Notes: a model not told the origin generated them from the letters alone. 63,093 bases of DNA, filler included, from Aduncisulcus paluster (GCA_024181965.1; 4 parts of 4 records of this genome joined end to end with filler, not necessarily neighbours in it), one strand, 5' to 3'; counted from the whole stretch's first letter, positions 44,801 through 57,490 are shown. Numbers and translations are program-made.

Positions 44801-47800
44801 GATTTGTTGATACCCGTTGAAAAATCAATGTTACATGATTATATTTCTACATTTCTTGATTATCTAGTCTGGATTGATGAGAAACTTCTAAAAATAGATC
44901 CATCTGTCGTTTTTGGACCAACAATGGCACCCTTACCCGCTGATTCGACCCTTACCTTGCCTTTGAGTGTGAAAGAAGAGGAAGAAGAAAGAAAAGAAGA
45001 GGAAGAAGAAAGAAAAGAAGAAGGAAAAGGAAAAGAAGAAAAGGAAAGAAATGATAATGATAGATTCATTATTTTTGAAATTGTATACAATTTATGCAAA
45101 CAATTCTCTTTTTCTCTTCAATCAATGTCGACATTAGACCAAAAAGAAGATGATCATAAAATCGTCGAAGAATTCGTAACAAGAATAATTGGAATTCTTG
45201 AGAGATCTCTTGTGGCATTGTATAAGATGTATTATCAGAATTATTCTTATTATTCTCAAAAATCTAAAAATAGTATCACGGCACGTTATTCTTCAAGCTC
45301 TGTTATTTTATTGGATATTGGTCTCGAAATATTATTCATATTATCTAAAATATCTCCTTCTTCGTTGAAAATATCTATTTTTAGATCATTAATATATCCT
45401 ATTTTTAGATTTCGAATGATGTATTGTAAAAATAATTATTTAATGACCAATAATAATACAAAATGGCTTGGTATTTTAGCCAATATTTCTTGGTCAAATG
45501 AGGAAAATAACCCAATTATTGATATTTGTTCTCATTCTTGGTTGTTTTGTGAATATATTCTTGAGATAATTCGTCAAGGAAAACATAAATTTATGTTAGA
45601 TATCCAAGATGTCTTTGAAAACACTTATCTAAAAAAAGGAGATAAGAAAGAGAATAATTTATCTATTTTTGGATTTTCTCACCAAATTCAACTGTATTCT
45701 TATTGCTTATGGTTTCTTTCTAACCTTTGTTCTATTGGAAATGATAAATGTATTAGTTTGTATCATAATACAAAATATTTATTAGATTATTGGTTTAATT
45801 ACTTCAAAATTCTCATCAACAATGTAGAAACCCATATTGCAAAAGATCGATTGGATTCCTTAGCCATTAAATACAAGAAAGGTAATAATATTAATAATAA
45901 TAATTCAATCGTTAGAGAAAAATATAATCTTATTTTTCGCCAATGTTGTGAAGGATTTAAACGTTGGTATGGGTTTATTTCCATGCTTTCCAATGTTCCT
46001 TCTCTTATTGGGTTAATTTGGGCTGAATTCCACCGAGAAATAGATCTATGTGAAGAAGGATATCAGACAGGCTGTTGTCGTAGCTTATTTTCTTCCTCTT
46101 CCTCTTCCTCTTCCTCTTCCACTGACACAAAGGATGATTCTAAAATACCATTGACATATTTGAAAGATTATTCTAGATTTATCCGAAACTGTAATAACCT
46201 TGGATTCAATCGTGTTTATATATCTTCAAACAAAAATATCCAATTTATACTTGATTTAATTCGTCAAGTTAAATTATTGCCAAATTCTCAGCAAGCAAAT
46301 GTTTTATTTGCATCAAATATGAATGTATTGTTAGATTTTTTCAAGAAATGTCAAACTTACAAAGATATTATGAACGCAAAGAATGAAATATTTCTATTTT
46401 GTAAATGTTTGGAATTATTTTCATGTCATATTCATCCAAAAAACGCGTTATTTATCCCAATTTCTGCTGTAGTCCCGCAATTCCAAGAAACCCCCCAAGA
46501 AACCCCCCAAGAAACTCCACAAGAACAAAACCAATCGGAAAAGGTTAGAAAAGAAGGAGAAGAAGAAGAAGATATCGAAGATAAATCGATATGCATTGAT
46601 ATGCAAGAACTTGATAATAATTATGATAAGTTATCAGTTGATTCAGCTGACAATCAACATCCTCAAATGTCTGATATCGTATTCCTTTCATCACCTCTTC
46701 AATGGAAAGTTATTGATAAGTTTGGTAAGCTTTTATCTGAAATGGGCAATATTCTATATTTAAACGCTGAATTGGATACCAACACATTCTCCTCCTCCTC
46801 TTCTTCCTCCTCCTCTTCCTCTTCCTCTTCCTCTTCCTGTGAACTCTCAACGCCAAATCTTATCTCTTCTTCACCCATAGCCAAAAGAGGAGACTTGGTA
46901 AGAGGAGACATAATTGAGTGTAAGGGAGAGGAGTTTATTGTCGATGGTAATAGTGTTTTGGACATTGTTGATGACACGATGTGCTGGGTCAGTTTAAATC
47001 TTTCGATAACAAATCCCAAACATATCATTTTCCAAAAATGTGAACAAACTATTCAAAGAATGTTTGAACGGGGATCGAAATCAATGCTAAATCCCTCATA
47101 TTCTGTTAAAATTCTACTCCTTCTCATGAAAAATATTACTGGATTTCTTGATTGGTGTAGCCTTCAAGTGTATATGATTGCATCCATTATTCAACCTTTT
47201 CTGAAAAAATGGTTTGAAATTTATAGTTATAGAGATCATAGCAAATGTTATGGATATTGGATGAAAATATTAGCAAATTTAACAACATATTTTCCTCGAT
47301 ATTCCAGAAAGAAATCTCGCAATGTTTGGACATTCTCAAGAACTATTTTTAGAAAAAGAGCAAACCATGAACAAGCCATCGAATGCTCAAGCACGCGATA
47401 TATCACAGATTATCATTCTTCGGGATTATTTCTTGAGGTTATCAATGACATATTTCATCTTACTTCCAACAATTGTGTTTATATCAGTGGTTATGTTACA
47501 GAAAGGAAACCGAACAGTCTTGCTTGTCCTGAAGCTTGGCCTCTTTTCTATACTGTTCTTGATGTTGTTAAGAGAGAATTTGTTGGGGATAAGATTGTTA
47601 TGGATGGAAATGAAGAGGTTATTATATTTCTTGCTAACCTATGTTATAATGACCCTATTCATGGACTTCTGATATATGATAATGTAAAAGATCTTCTTTC
47701 TGGATGGTTTGAGGTTATAAAGAGGAAAAAACATGATAGAGGTATCAAAAACTGGTCATATTTTATCTCAGTTCTTTCATCGATCCCTGCCTTTGGTTCT

Positions 47801-49168
47801 AATTATAGATTCAAGAGGTTCGATACCGATATGAAATGGTGTAAGAATAATGGGGGATGGAAAGAGGATTATATTAGATACATGAATAATTGTTATCCTT
47901 GTGTGAAACAATGGAATGATCTAATTGAAACTATAAAGAAATGCTCAAGCTCTGATGAAAAATCTGAATTATATCACAATAATCGAGATTTGATACGAAA
48001 TATATTCATCACATATCTAACTTCAAACTATAAAAATCTTCTTCTTGAACAAAAGGTTGAAGTTATCCTTTGTTGTCAGTGTTTAAGATGGTTTGTTTGT
48101 CATGAACAAATTATATCATCTTCTTCTTCCTCTTCTTCCTCTTCTTCCTCTTCTTCCTCTTCTTCCTCAACTCTCAGTTCGGTGGAATTTGTTTATCTTC
48201 CTATTCCAGATCTTAATGATCTCATTGACACTTTTGTGCAACTTCTTTCGAGGGTCGAGAGTGTTTCAAAAGAAAGAAACGACCATGAAATTCTTCGCGA
48301 TTCCAATTTTGATGAGGAATTCTGCTGGATATGCGTTGGTTACACTCATCAAGTAACGTCTATTCCAATTTCTTTCATCACAACTACATTTCCTATCTTC
48401 AACTCTCTCCTCGAAAAAGGATGTAAAATTACAAAGTTGAAAGATGATATTTCAGTTAATCTCTTATCTTGTTTGGTTAATATTCTTAAAGTTTCCTCTT
48501 CTTGTTGTTATTCTTCCTCTTCTTCCACGTGCGCTGAGTCTAGCGATGATCCTGTGATGGTTCAATCGACTCTGCTTTCGTTAATTAAACCATATGTACT
48601 TGACTGGTTAGCCATGTATTCTGATAATAGCGCATGCCTTGGTTGTTGGATGGAGATTCTTGCAAATTATGTGTGGTTATTGACATTTGTTGAAGACGGT
48701 AGATCTAAGAAGAATCATGAAAGACTATTATCTGAAGATAATCAGAGAATTATTTGTTCTCTCGTTGCTGAAACTCAAATATTTTGGAAACCTGTTCTCG
48801 ATATTGCCGTCAAAAGCTTCGTTGGAGAGAAGATTATTGAAGATAACCATGAATTTTCTCTTTTATTTCTATCACATTTCAGCAAGGAGAGTACATTTTA
48901 TGCTTATGAGATTTATTCAAAGGTCAAAGATCTTCTTGATGGATGGTATGAGGCAATTCACAGTCAAAAACACGATTTGGGAATCAAATTCTGGTCCAGG
49001 CTAATTTCAGTATTTTCAACTGTTCCTTCTCTTGTTCCACATTTATCTTGTAACTTCGACAGTCAAATGGAATGGTGCCATGAAAACGGATCTTGGGAGG
49101 ATGATTACTCAAGATACCTTATGTACACTATTAATTTAACTATTATTAATGATGAAAAGATGGAATAA
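39455..49168 (+). CDS. Giant protein (~2990 aa): N-terminal pseudokinase plus repeated Trp/Cys-containing helical modules
   Basis: Kinase-fold motifs are LIMEHCIGG, LVHRNIKPDNF, VLSDLE and SDAYALGMTI. Three ORFs join after removing duplicates at gaps 42298-42317 and 43807-43826 and a 1-nt slip in the poly-Glu tract near 42798. Confidence 0.75.
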
Positions 49169-49309
49169 TTATTCCAGGAATAATGTTTTGAAAACCTTAC
49201 GTCTGACGAGTAAAAGTTACAATTCATATTGGATCATGATTCATGGCATGAGGATTCATGGTATTCTTGAATGTCTGAATGGCTCATGTCTTCTTTTTTG
49301 TTCTTTGAT

Positions 49310-49475
49310 AATATCACAATATCCTCAATAGATGAACATTTAAACCCTAATCCAATCTTTGGAAGTCAATGTTTGATAGTTTGTACCTTCTCACGAGCTT
49401 TGGCTTGGCTTTGAACACATCATCAAGACACTCGATCATCCCAACACACAACGAACACACTTTCACAGGGTTCAT
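49310..49475 (-). pseudogene. Internally deleted relic of the same kinase family
   Basis: MNPVKVCSLCVGMIECLDDVFKAKPKLV is joined to AREKVQTIKH*LPKIGLGFKCSSIEDI. These match LDPLKVSALCVGTIECLAEV..PTLV and EARMKVQCIKPFLPTIGEDYDCPSIEAI of the gene at 39455. Confidence 0.8.
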
Positions 49476-49815
49476 TGCCTTGCCGGTGACCGGTATTTAC
49501 GTTTAATCCCTAATTGCACGTAGTCTACGTGCAATTGTCGAAAAAAATTATTTTATTAATTAAATTTTAATCGATTGAAAATTAATAATTTTAAATTAGC
49601 TTTGATGAAAGTAGTAAATTATCAAGAACTTGTGTCATAATTGTGACAAATAGTTGAAATTATTGCCCTCGCTCAAAGATAAAATATAAATTTGATAAAC
49701 ATAAGAACGCTTGATCCAGAAATAGTTATTCAATTATTCAATTAAATAAATATATATTTTGTAAAGCAAATCCGACATCCAATTGCTTAGCACATTTTCT
49801 AAACTTCTAAGTGCA

Positions 49816-52104
49816 TCATTCTACGATTTCTTGTAATTTTTGTAGAGTTTGGAATGATCCTTCTCCGAAGCTCTCCTCTTCTCTTACAAGAGCACACACG
49901 ACTATAGAACCTTTAAGATAGTCCTGTAGTACAAATGCAAGCCTCGATACACTTTCATCGATCTGTGTTGCCCCCATTGCTCTTTTTCTAAAAATAGAAA
50001 GTAATGAAGGCACGCAATTATCATCGCGCAATGTAACTTCCTCATCAGATAAGATACAGAAGCACAAACGTCCTTTCCTCGAAAATGGAGCGATTGAACC
50101 GTGAGAAACACTAATATCCCCTTTATCTCGGTCTTCTTCTTCAAGCTCTTCTTTTTCAGGCTCTTCTTCTTCAAGCTCTTCTTCCTTACTTGGAGCCAGT
50201 GGAGATTTAGGACGATCAGATGATACAGATGATCCAGAACGGGACATGAAAGAAGATTGAGAACGAGGAGATCCTTTTGGGTGTTTAGAAATGTCATGTG
50301 GTATAATATCGACAAATAAAAGAATATTCTTCACGACAACACCATTTTTAATAGCACCTTTCGATTCACAGAGCTTACTAAGCTGATTGATGGCTCTATC
50401 AAAATCGGCTGCATCTCTAATCATAAGTTTTGAAGCACCACTAACACATACAGTATTATCATTTAAATCTCTCTTCACACCACAGATTCGTCCATTCTTC
50501 TTCTCGTCTTCCCGGTCATATGCCTTTGTCTTGCCACTCTTCTTCTTTTTATCTGCGAAAGATATCAGGTCTCTTGTATGATATTTGTCAACAGCGACAA
50601 CTTCTATGGTTACAATTGGTCGTGTCGATGGTGCGAGTGCAGCAATCTTATCCAAAACATCAACCACGCACTGTTTCATGATATTGGGGATCAATTTAGA
50701 CTTTGATCCGAGAATTAACTGTTCTTTTTGACTACATACACTGCCCAGTACAGTCATCAAGAATGGTTTTTCGATTGTACCATTAGCACACCCACGGAGA
50801 ACATGATGTAAGTAACAGAACAATGGTGATGAGACAGGAGGATCGTCTGCATGTTTTGGAGAGAGATGAAATACTCTATCAGGTGAGAACTTTGTAAAGG
50901 GAGGTGGCGGAAGGAAAGGACAAATCGTTGCATCGATAGGTAAATCATGCTTATAATTATCATAGGCAGGAATACCAATAGAACTTGTGCTATCAAACGA
51001 AGAGAGAATATTTTGTCCAGCAGTCGTAGATGTAGAGTTGTTCAGAGTCGTCAAGGATGTTAAGGAGGAGTGCTTCCGTACAACAATAACAGTTGGGACA
51101 CTAGACAATGAGGATGGAGTTGTATGATCAGCTTCAACTGTTTGTTCATCACCAGATACCAAGACGCCTTCTTTCTCTTCTGACAGTGCACGAGTCATCT
51201 CAGTCAGTGAAGAAGAAGAAGAGGAAGAAGAAGAAGAAGAGGAAGAGGAAGAGGAAGAAGAAGAGGAAGAGGAAGAAGAGGGCTGGAGAAGAGCAGGGAT
51301 GTCCTTACAGACCCATACACATCTATTTCTATGTCCCCAATGTAAGTCAGAGGCAGATAGAGAAGAATGTAAAGAACCTGATAAAGAACTGGATGATGAC
51401 AATGCCTTATTTTCACTTCTGGAAGATGTTTTAATCATTCTATGCGATGATCTAGGACTTAAACTAGAAGTACTGCTCGGTTCACGTTTCCCCACAACAC
51501 AAGCACATACACTGACTCCATATTTCCTACATGAATGTTCGGCTTTATCGCTATGATCAACAGGGGTAGCAGGGACCATAGGAGGCGGTGGGAGAAGCAT
51601 TGAGAGATGTTGCTTTGGAGTGGCATGATTAGATTCGACTGGATATCCTCTTTCTAACTCAGAATCATGCACTGACATCAAGGGGGTGATTATCCCATGA
51701 TCATGAGCAACTATATCCTTTTCTTTCCCAGGTTCACCATGTGAGTGTTGAGATAACATAGATGATTGTACAGGGGTCATTTCTGCAGGCGGCGGAGTGA
51801 AACGAGGAAGAGAGAGAGGTTTGTGAGTGCCTGCAGAAGTTGGTGTAGAATTGTTTGCAGAAGAAATGGAAGAAATGGAATGACTATGATCTCCATGAAG
51901 AAGCTGAGGAGATACATGATTGTCTCCTGTTTCTTGAGTTGTTCCTTGTATAGTAACCAATGACAAATCACCAGCGGAGTGATCCGAGTTTGAAGATACA
52001 GCAGTCTTTCCTTCAGAAGAGGATACTTCAAAGTGTGGTTTGACAGTGTTCTGTTGAATTATTTGAGATGTTGTTTGATGATTCTGGTATGAAGCAGAAG
52101 AAGA

Positions 52105-52139
<35 letters not shown>

Positions 52140-52626
52140 CAGAAGAGGAAGTGGTATCTAGTTTCCTTGAAGGAGATAGAGTGGGAGATAATTGTTCATG
52201 ATAATCATCGGAAACAGGCGGTGGACTCACAGATGGCGTGGAAGGAGAGTGTTGTTGGAGATGTGTCACAGTAAGAAGCATAGGAGTGACTATTCGGTTA
52301 GCTGGAGATCCCAGAGATTGAGAATCGCCCAACAATGCATGTGTGTTGGTGGATTGTTTAGATACTAAACTAATATTAACTTCGTCCTTCCAGTATGGTG
52401 AAGAAGGACCGATTCCAACCCCCGGACCAGCTATATCTGTTCCATGATCATGCTCTGAGGAATGTTCCATTGAGGTTGACTTGGAAATGGTTGTGTTGAC
52501 AAAAGACTTGACACCTTTATGCTGAGCTGTGGAAGGTTGACGTGGATGCTCTTCATCAACTTCCTCTTCACCAACTTCCTCTTCATCAGCTTCAAGATGG
52601 TGCCTTGAGGCTATCGGATTACGTCT
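49816..52626 (-). CDS. Kinesin-like protein with degenerate C-terminal motor domain (5' truncated)
   Basis: KFSPDRVF, TVLGSVCSQKEQLILG (P-loop position), TRDLI, VCVSGAS, GRLCFCILSDEE (switch II position) and SRLAFVLQDYLKG..SFQTL. The frame stays open to the contig end. Confidence 0.65.
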
Positions 52627-52627
52627 G

Positions 52628-52727
52628 NNNNNNNNNNNNNNNNNNNNNNNNNNNNNNNNNNNNNNNNNNNNTTAATTAATTAANNNNNNNNNNNNNNNNN
52701 NNNNNNNNNNNNNNNNNNNNNNNNNNN
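52628..52727. other. Artificial contig linker
   Basis: N + TTAATTAATTAA + N, 100 nt. Confidence 0.97.
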
Positions 52728-53170
52728 AGTCGCCGTTTTTTTCCCTTCTACCGAAGGAGTTCTCTTTCTGGATCCCAATAAGAATCCGTCCACATCATTC
52801 ATTCTTTCCATCCGATGAAGTGGTACCTCAGGAATTGACATGCCCTCGCTGATGTGACTATAGTATTCTCATCTTTTATTCACCAAATGTTACATTTATA
52901 CCTTTTGCTGTTGACTCCATTGGTACCGTCGGATCTGAGGCTCTCTCTTTCTTGAAAAAGATTGTTGCTTGGTATGGAAATCCGAAACAACGCATCTCCT
53001 CCAAAGAAGGTGACAAAGCTGTCTATATGACGAGGCTGAGGCTACTTCGGAGACGCATCGGACAAGCTGTGCTCATGAGAGCATTTGGATCGGCTGACAA
53101 AGCCATATCCAAACTTCTCGACAGAGCTGGCTTTACCAAGAGAGCCAGAGCTTCGATGGCGTTCCTCTAG
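52728..53170 (+). mobile_element. Degraded 3' end of an RLE-type non-LTR retrotransposon
   Basis: ALADVTIV (RLE D-V-T-like motif), then after a frameshift TFIPFAVDSIGTVGSEALSFLKKIV...RRRIGQAVLMRA. Confidence 0.55.
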
Positions 53171-53531
53171 TATGTCTAACCCTAGAATAGTTTCCTAAAA
53201 CAACTCCTAAGGCTTCCCACACAGTTTTCTATCCTTCCAATAATTTTCTTTCTATTTCAATAACATCTCCTACACTAATACTTTCCTTTTCTATCATTAA
53301 ACAACATCTATCAGCTATTGAATGGTACTTTAAGCTTCCCAACTCCAAGATATTGGTACTCGCCATTAGAATGGTTTAATCTCTACTCTATATGATTTGT
53401 TGCTGACTATATGTTTTTTGCCCATTATTTTCTTTTTGTCTTTATTTTTTCTTGTTTGGAGCATGCCTTGCTCAATAACCGGCTAAACCGGGATTTACCG
53501 AATAAAGTAGTAAATCATTGTTTGGCAAGCA

Positions 53532-55418
53532 ATGGAAGGGATTGAGGACTGGATCAAAAAGTATCAAATTAAAAATGCCGAATTGATTGAAAGAATCGTC
53601 AATTATGTTTGCGAATTTGGCTCAACTGAAGAAGAAAAAGAACGGAAAGATAAAACGTTCCCTGGAGCTCAACCAGTGTCTTTTAGTCCTCGTGCTCTCG
53701 AACACATTATTTCATCTGATTATCATATATGTGAAAAGACAGATGGTGTTCGTTATTTATTGTTTTCAAATCGATTGACACAATCCTTCGGTAAACAAGT
53801 TGTTGATGAAACAACAAAGCGACGTTGTATTCTTGTTGGTAGGAAATGGGATATCATTAACATTCCTCTTAATTTTTGTGGATTTGATGTTGGTCCAGGT
53901 GTTTTATTTGACGGAGAGTTGGTGATTGACACTGTGAAAACTGCGAAAGGTGAACGTAAAATAATGTCGTATTACGTGTTTGATTGTCTATATTTCGGTG
54001 CTTCTACGCTTCATTTGACCTTAATGAAACGTCTTGAAAAGGCTATGATGCTCATTCATCATATCAATTCTTTCCGCCTCGACGTGATGAAAGCTGGACC
54101 AAAACACAAGCACACGAAGCTATTATCCCAACTTCAGTTACGCATGAAGCAGTATTATCCGAAAGATCAACTTGCAAAGCTTTTTTATTCCGTTATTCCT
54201 AAATTACCCCATGGGAACGATGGGGTTATATTTACGCCCGCTTTGGACCCATATAAGCGTCACACGTGTGAAAGATTGATAAAGTGGAAGCCGATGCAAG
54301 ATAATACGACAGATTTTGCGATCCAACGATGGTCTGAGCATGTGATGGACAAGGATGCTTTCTCCATTTATAATGAGGAAGTGAATGAACAAATCAGGAT
54401 AAATGAAATTAAACTCAAGAAGTTGCGTCAGGAATGGAAAGAAATGAACGATTCTGATAAACTTTTGAAACATGATCTGGATTGCCAAATGAAAGACCTT
54501 CGAGCTCAAATTGATAGCAAAGAATTCGATATCCCAACACCCAAATTACAGAGAATTACTCAATACCGCTTGTACCTTAGTGTTACCGGCCACAGAGAGA
54601 CCGGTAAGTACAACTTAGGAAGATTCTCAACAGATCTCAGCCATAGTCCTATTCGTGATGAAATCCTTCAATCGCTCTCTTTGAAGAAAATTGTTATTGT
54701 CGAATGTCAGTTTAGACCAGAACTTGAAAGAGAAGAAGTCGATGTTGTCGGTGCTTCGAAAGTTGATGCCTGTGAAGTTCCTGTTGGCTCGACTATGAAG
54801 AAGAAAGGAATGTGGGTTCCAATACGAATTAGAAGTGATAAAGAATTGGCGAATAATGTACGGACTTACAATGATGTCTGCGTTGCCATGAGATGTCATA
54901 TGGATAAAGATCGTTTAGTGCAGACTCTCACGAGAGGTCTTGGATCATCACAACGTTTTGGAAGGGGATGGAAAGGTATCACATCTATTGGGGACATCCC
55001 TTCAGTTGGAGCTGGTTCACAAGATGTAACTGAAGCCGAGAAGAGGAAAATGTGGTTTCGACTGCGAACTGTTCGAAGGAATTCTCTTCTAAGTTCTCAG
55101 ACCACCGTTATTTCATCCTCTAAACAACCTTCAGACATTTCTTCAACAAATATTTCTGCCAAAATATCGTCAACATCAAGTGATGTTACCGAGACAAGGA
55201 TCAAACGTGAAAGAGAAGTTGAAGCGAAAGAGGAAGGCCAGGATGATCATGAAAAGGAAGAACAAAAAGAGACTGCTCGAGATGAAATTAGAAGACAAGT
55301 TGAGTTAAAACGGAGTGAGAAACGTGAAAGGGAGAGTGCTGCCATTCGAAAGAGAGAAGAGGTAATCTCTAAAGAATTTAATTTCTTCGAGCAAGATGAT
55401 TCCTCTTCCGATGACTAA
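53532..55418 (+). CDS. CEG1: mRNA capping enzyme, stand-alone guanylyltransferase
   Basis: FPGAQPVSF, motif I KTDG, III FDGELV, IIIa FDCL, IV DGVIF, V KWKP..NTTDF and VI RSDK..AN. No triphosphatase or methyltransferase domain is recognisable. Confidence 0.93.
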   Translation: MEGIEDWIKKYQIKNAELIERIVNYVCEFGSTEEEKERKDKTFPGAQPVSFSPRALEHIISSDYHICEKTDGVRYLLFSNRLTQSFGKQVVDETTKRRCILVGRKWDIINIPLNFCGFDVGPGVLFDGELVIDTVKTAKGERKIMSYYVFDCLYFGASTLHLTLMKRLEKAMMLIHHINSFRLDVMKAGPKHKHTKLLSQLQLRMKQYYPKDQLAKLFYSVIPKLPHGNDGVIFTPALDPYKRHTCERLIKWKPMQDNTTDFAIQRWSEHVMDKDAFSIYNEEVNEQIRINEIKLKKLRQEWKEMNDSDKLLKHDLDCQMKDLRAQIDSKEFDIPTPKLQRITQYRLYLSVTGHRETGKYNLGRFSTDLSHSPIRDEILQSLSLKKIVIVECQFRPELEREEVDVVGASKVDACEVPVGSTMKKKGMWVPIRIRSDKELANNVRTYNDVCVAMRCHMDKDRLVQTLTRGLGSSQRFGRGWKGITSIGDIPSVGAGSQDVTEAEKRKMWFRLRTVRRNSLLSSQTTVISSSKQPSDISSTNISAKISSTSSDVTETRIKREREVEAKEEGQDDHEKEEQKETARDEIRRQVELKRSEKRERESAAIRKREEVISKEFNFFEQDDSSSDD

Positions 55419-55755
55419 TCAATTAATCCATTACACTGCGGTGATTATCCCAATATACAATACTGAACAATGTCTCATCTAATGTATCTATATAGTACAG
55501 TACACTTTCTCTCCATTGCTATCTTACAGTAGTGTAAGTACTTACAGTGTACATTTTCTTGAAAGAGTGAGATGCTATGAGTTTATTATCTATATTATAG
55601 TCTATAATATATCAAGATATATACTGCTATTCTTGCATTGGTCATCACTTATGGACCATACTGTTAGATCTATGAGTATAACTCATTCGTAGCAATTTAT
55701 TCCTATACTTCACTGTAAAATTTACAGGTGTAAAATTATTATTATTATTAATGGG

Positions 55756-56615
55756 TTACAAAACCTCCAGGTCTCTATTTTCTATATATGGCTCGAATAG
55801 TCCAAATTTACCAAGTAATATTTCTCCAGGAGTTCGGCGTTGCGTTAGAGTAATCTTTTCCCCATATTCGTTATAATCTGTCCATTTGAGAATAAATTCT
55901 TTCAATACTTTGACAATTATTCCAGATTTCTCTTCCTTAGCCTTCTCTTTTTCATACAAATCTGGCATATCGAATTTTTCACAAGTACGATATAGATCTT
56001 CCCTGTCTAATAATTGAGCGTTAACGGTTCGGAAGGAATCTCTTAAAACAACACAAAATTCACGTGTTTGATCTGTTAACCTATTTCTCTGTTTTTCGAT
56101 CGATATTGATGATCCCATCCTTTCTTCTCTCTTATAAGATTCATCGGAGGAATCGATACCATCGATGTCATTTCTTTCCTCTCCACTTTTCTTTGATGAA
56201 TCACTGATATCCTTTAACTTAGCAATGTCAGAATGCCTTAATAAAAAATCAAACGATTTTTCCATTTTCTTCAGTCGAATTTGATGATATGCTGTAAGAA
56301 AATATCGAACACGCTCAATTTCATGTTCTCTAACCGCATTTTTAATGTTATCAAATCCTCTCTCTAAGGGTTTTTGAAGATCTGCTCGAATTCTAATTTC
56401 CTAGGAAATCATGGGATAATAATAGAATAAACAGGATTTAAATAGGACTTAAAATGGAACATTGCAAATTGTTAACATACGGATTCCACTAATTTTCCTC
56501 GAAGGGTCTCAAAAGCATTTCTTTCGAATGGAAAAAGAACCGAACAGGATTTTTCTTTCACATATGCCTTTTTTATAATTTCCATGGCATTTTTCGTCGA
56601 AATTTCCTCTGACAT
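55756..56615 (-). CDS. SLD5: GINS complex subunit Sld5 (GINS4), 2 exons, ~259 aa
   Basis: Exon 1 (56615-56481) contains KAYVKEKSCSVLFPFE. Intron 56480-56401 (GTATGT..CTAG, phase 0). EHEIERVRYFLTAYHQIRLKKMEK resembles the Sld5 pattern ELER..Y....Y...RL.KIEK, and there is a C-terminal B domain. Confidence 0.8.
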
Positions 56616-56805
56616 ATTAATAAATATTTTCAACGAAAGAAAAAAATGAAGATTGTTGTTACAACGGTTGTGTGCCTTAATTCGAGATTATTTTCTTTTA
56701 ATATTTACACACATAAATCATTATAATATGAATTATATTTCACTTGTTGGATTGCTCTTCTGAATCGTACAGTATTGTGAGCTTTACCAATTTCTCTCCC
56801 TGGGA

Positions 56806-57490
56806 ATGGACGAACATATAAAATGCATCCAATCTGCGATAACTCTGGACAAATTGGCGAAGCTGTTAAAGGATGAGAGTGAGAGCAGAGATTTGCTTCA
56901 TTATGATGTATGTTTCCGTATTTCTGTATTCTTCGATAATATTATTTTTTTTACAACATATTTTGTATATATATTTGTTTTAGCAACCAACTTTATATGA
57001 AGTAAGAAAAGAAGCTCAAGCTTTATTGGGTTATTCTCATAGTATTGGAAAGGAGATGAAACAAAGAGAGGAAGGTCATGAATATGATACTTTACTCGCA
57101 AATACTATTCATATTAATAGTCTTCGTCGAATGACTCACTTTATCGCAGCTTTAGAGCATTGTAGAATGTCCAAATTAAGGGCTGCTCTATGGCAAGGGA
57201 GGCATTTGGATGAGTTTATACCCCTACTTTCTGATGCGGAAAAACGATATGCCGAGGATTATGTTCGTGCAAAGAAGAAAGTAATATCATCTTATGGAGT
57301 TGATTATTATCTTCCACCAATCCCTCCTCATCCAAAAAGGGCTAAAATGAGAGTTAGGTGTATTAAAGAGGTTGATTTTACTTGCCATTCAGGGCGAAAA
57401 TACTATCTTTATCCCTCTACTTTTCTTCAAGTTTATAGTCGAGATGGATGGGAAATGATTGCACAGGGGCTTGCCGAAACCATAGAATAA
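56806..57490 (+). CDS. PSF1: GINS complex subunit Psf1 (GINS1), 2 exons, ~202 aa
   Basis: Exon 1 is 56806-56907 and the intron 56908-56983 (GTATGT..TTAG, phase 0). HINSLRRMTHFIAALEHCRMSKLRAALW, LSDAEKRY...Y and PP..KMRVRCIKE..MIAQGLAE resemble Psf1. Confidence 0.78.
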
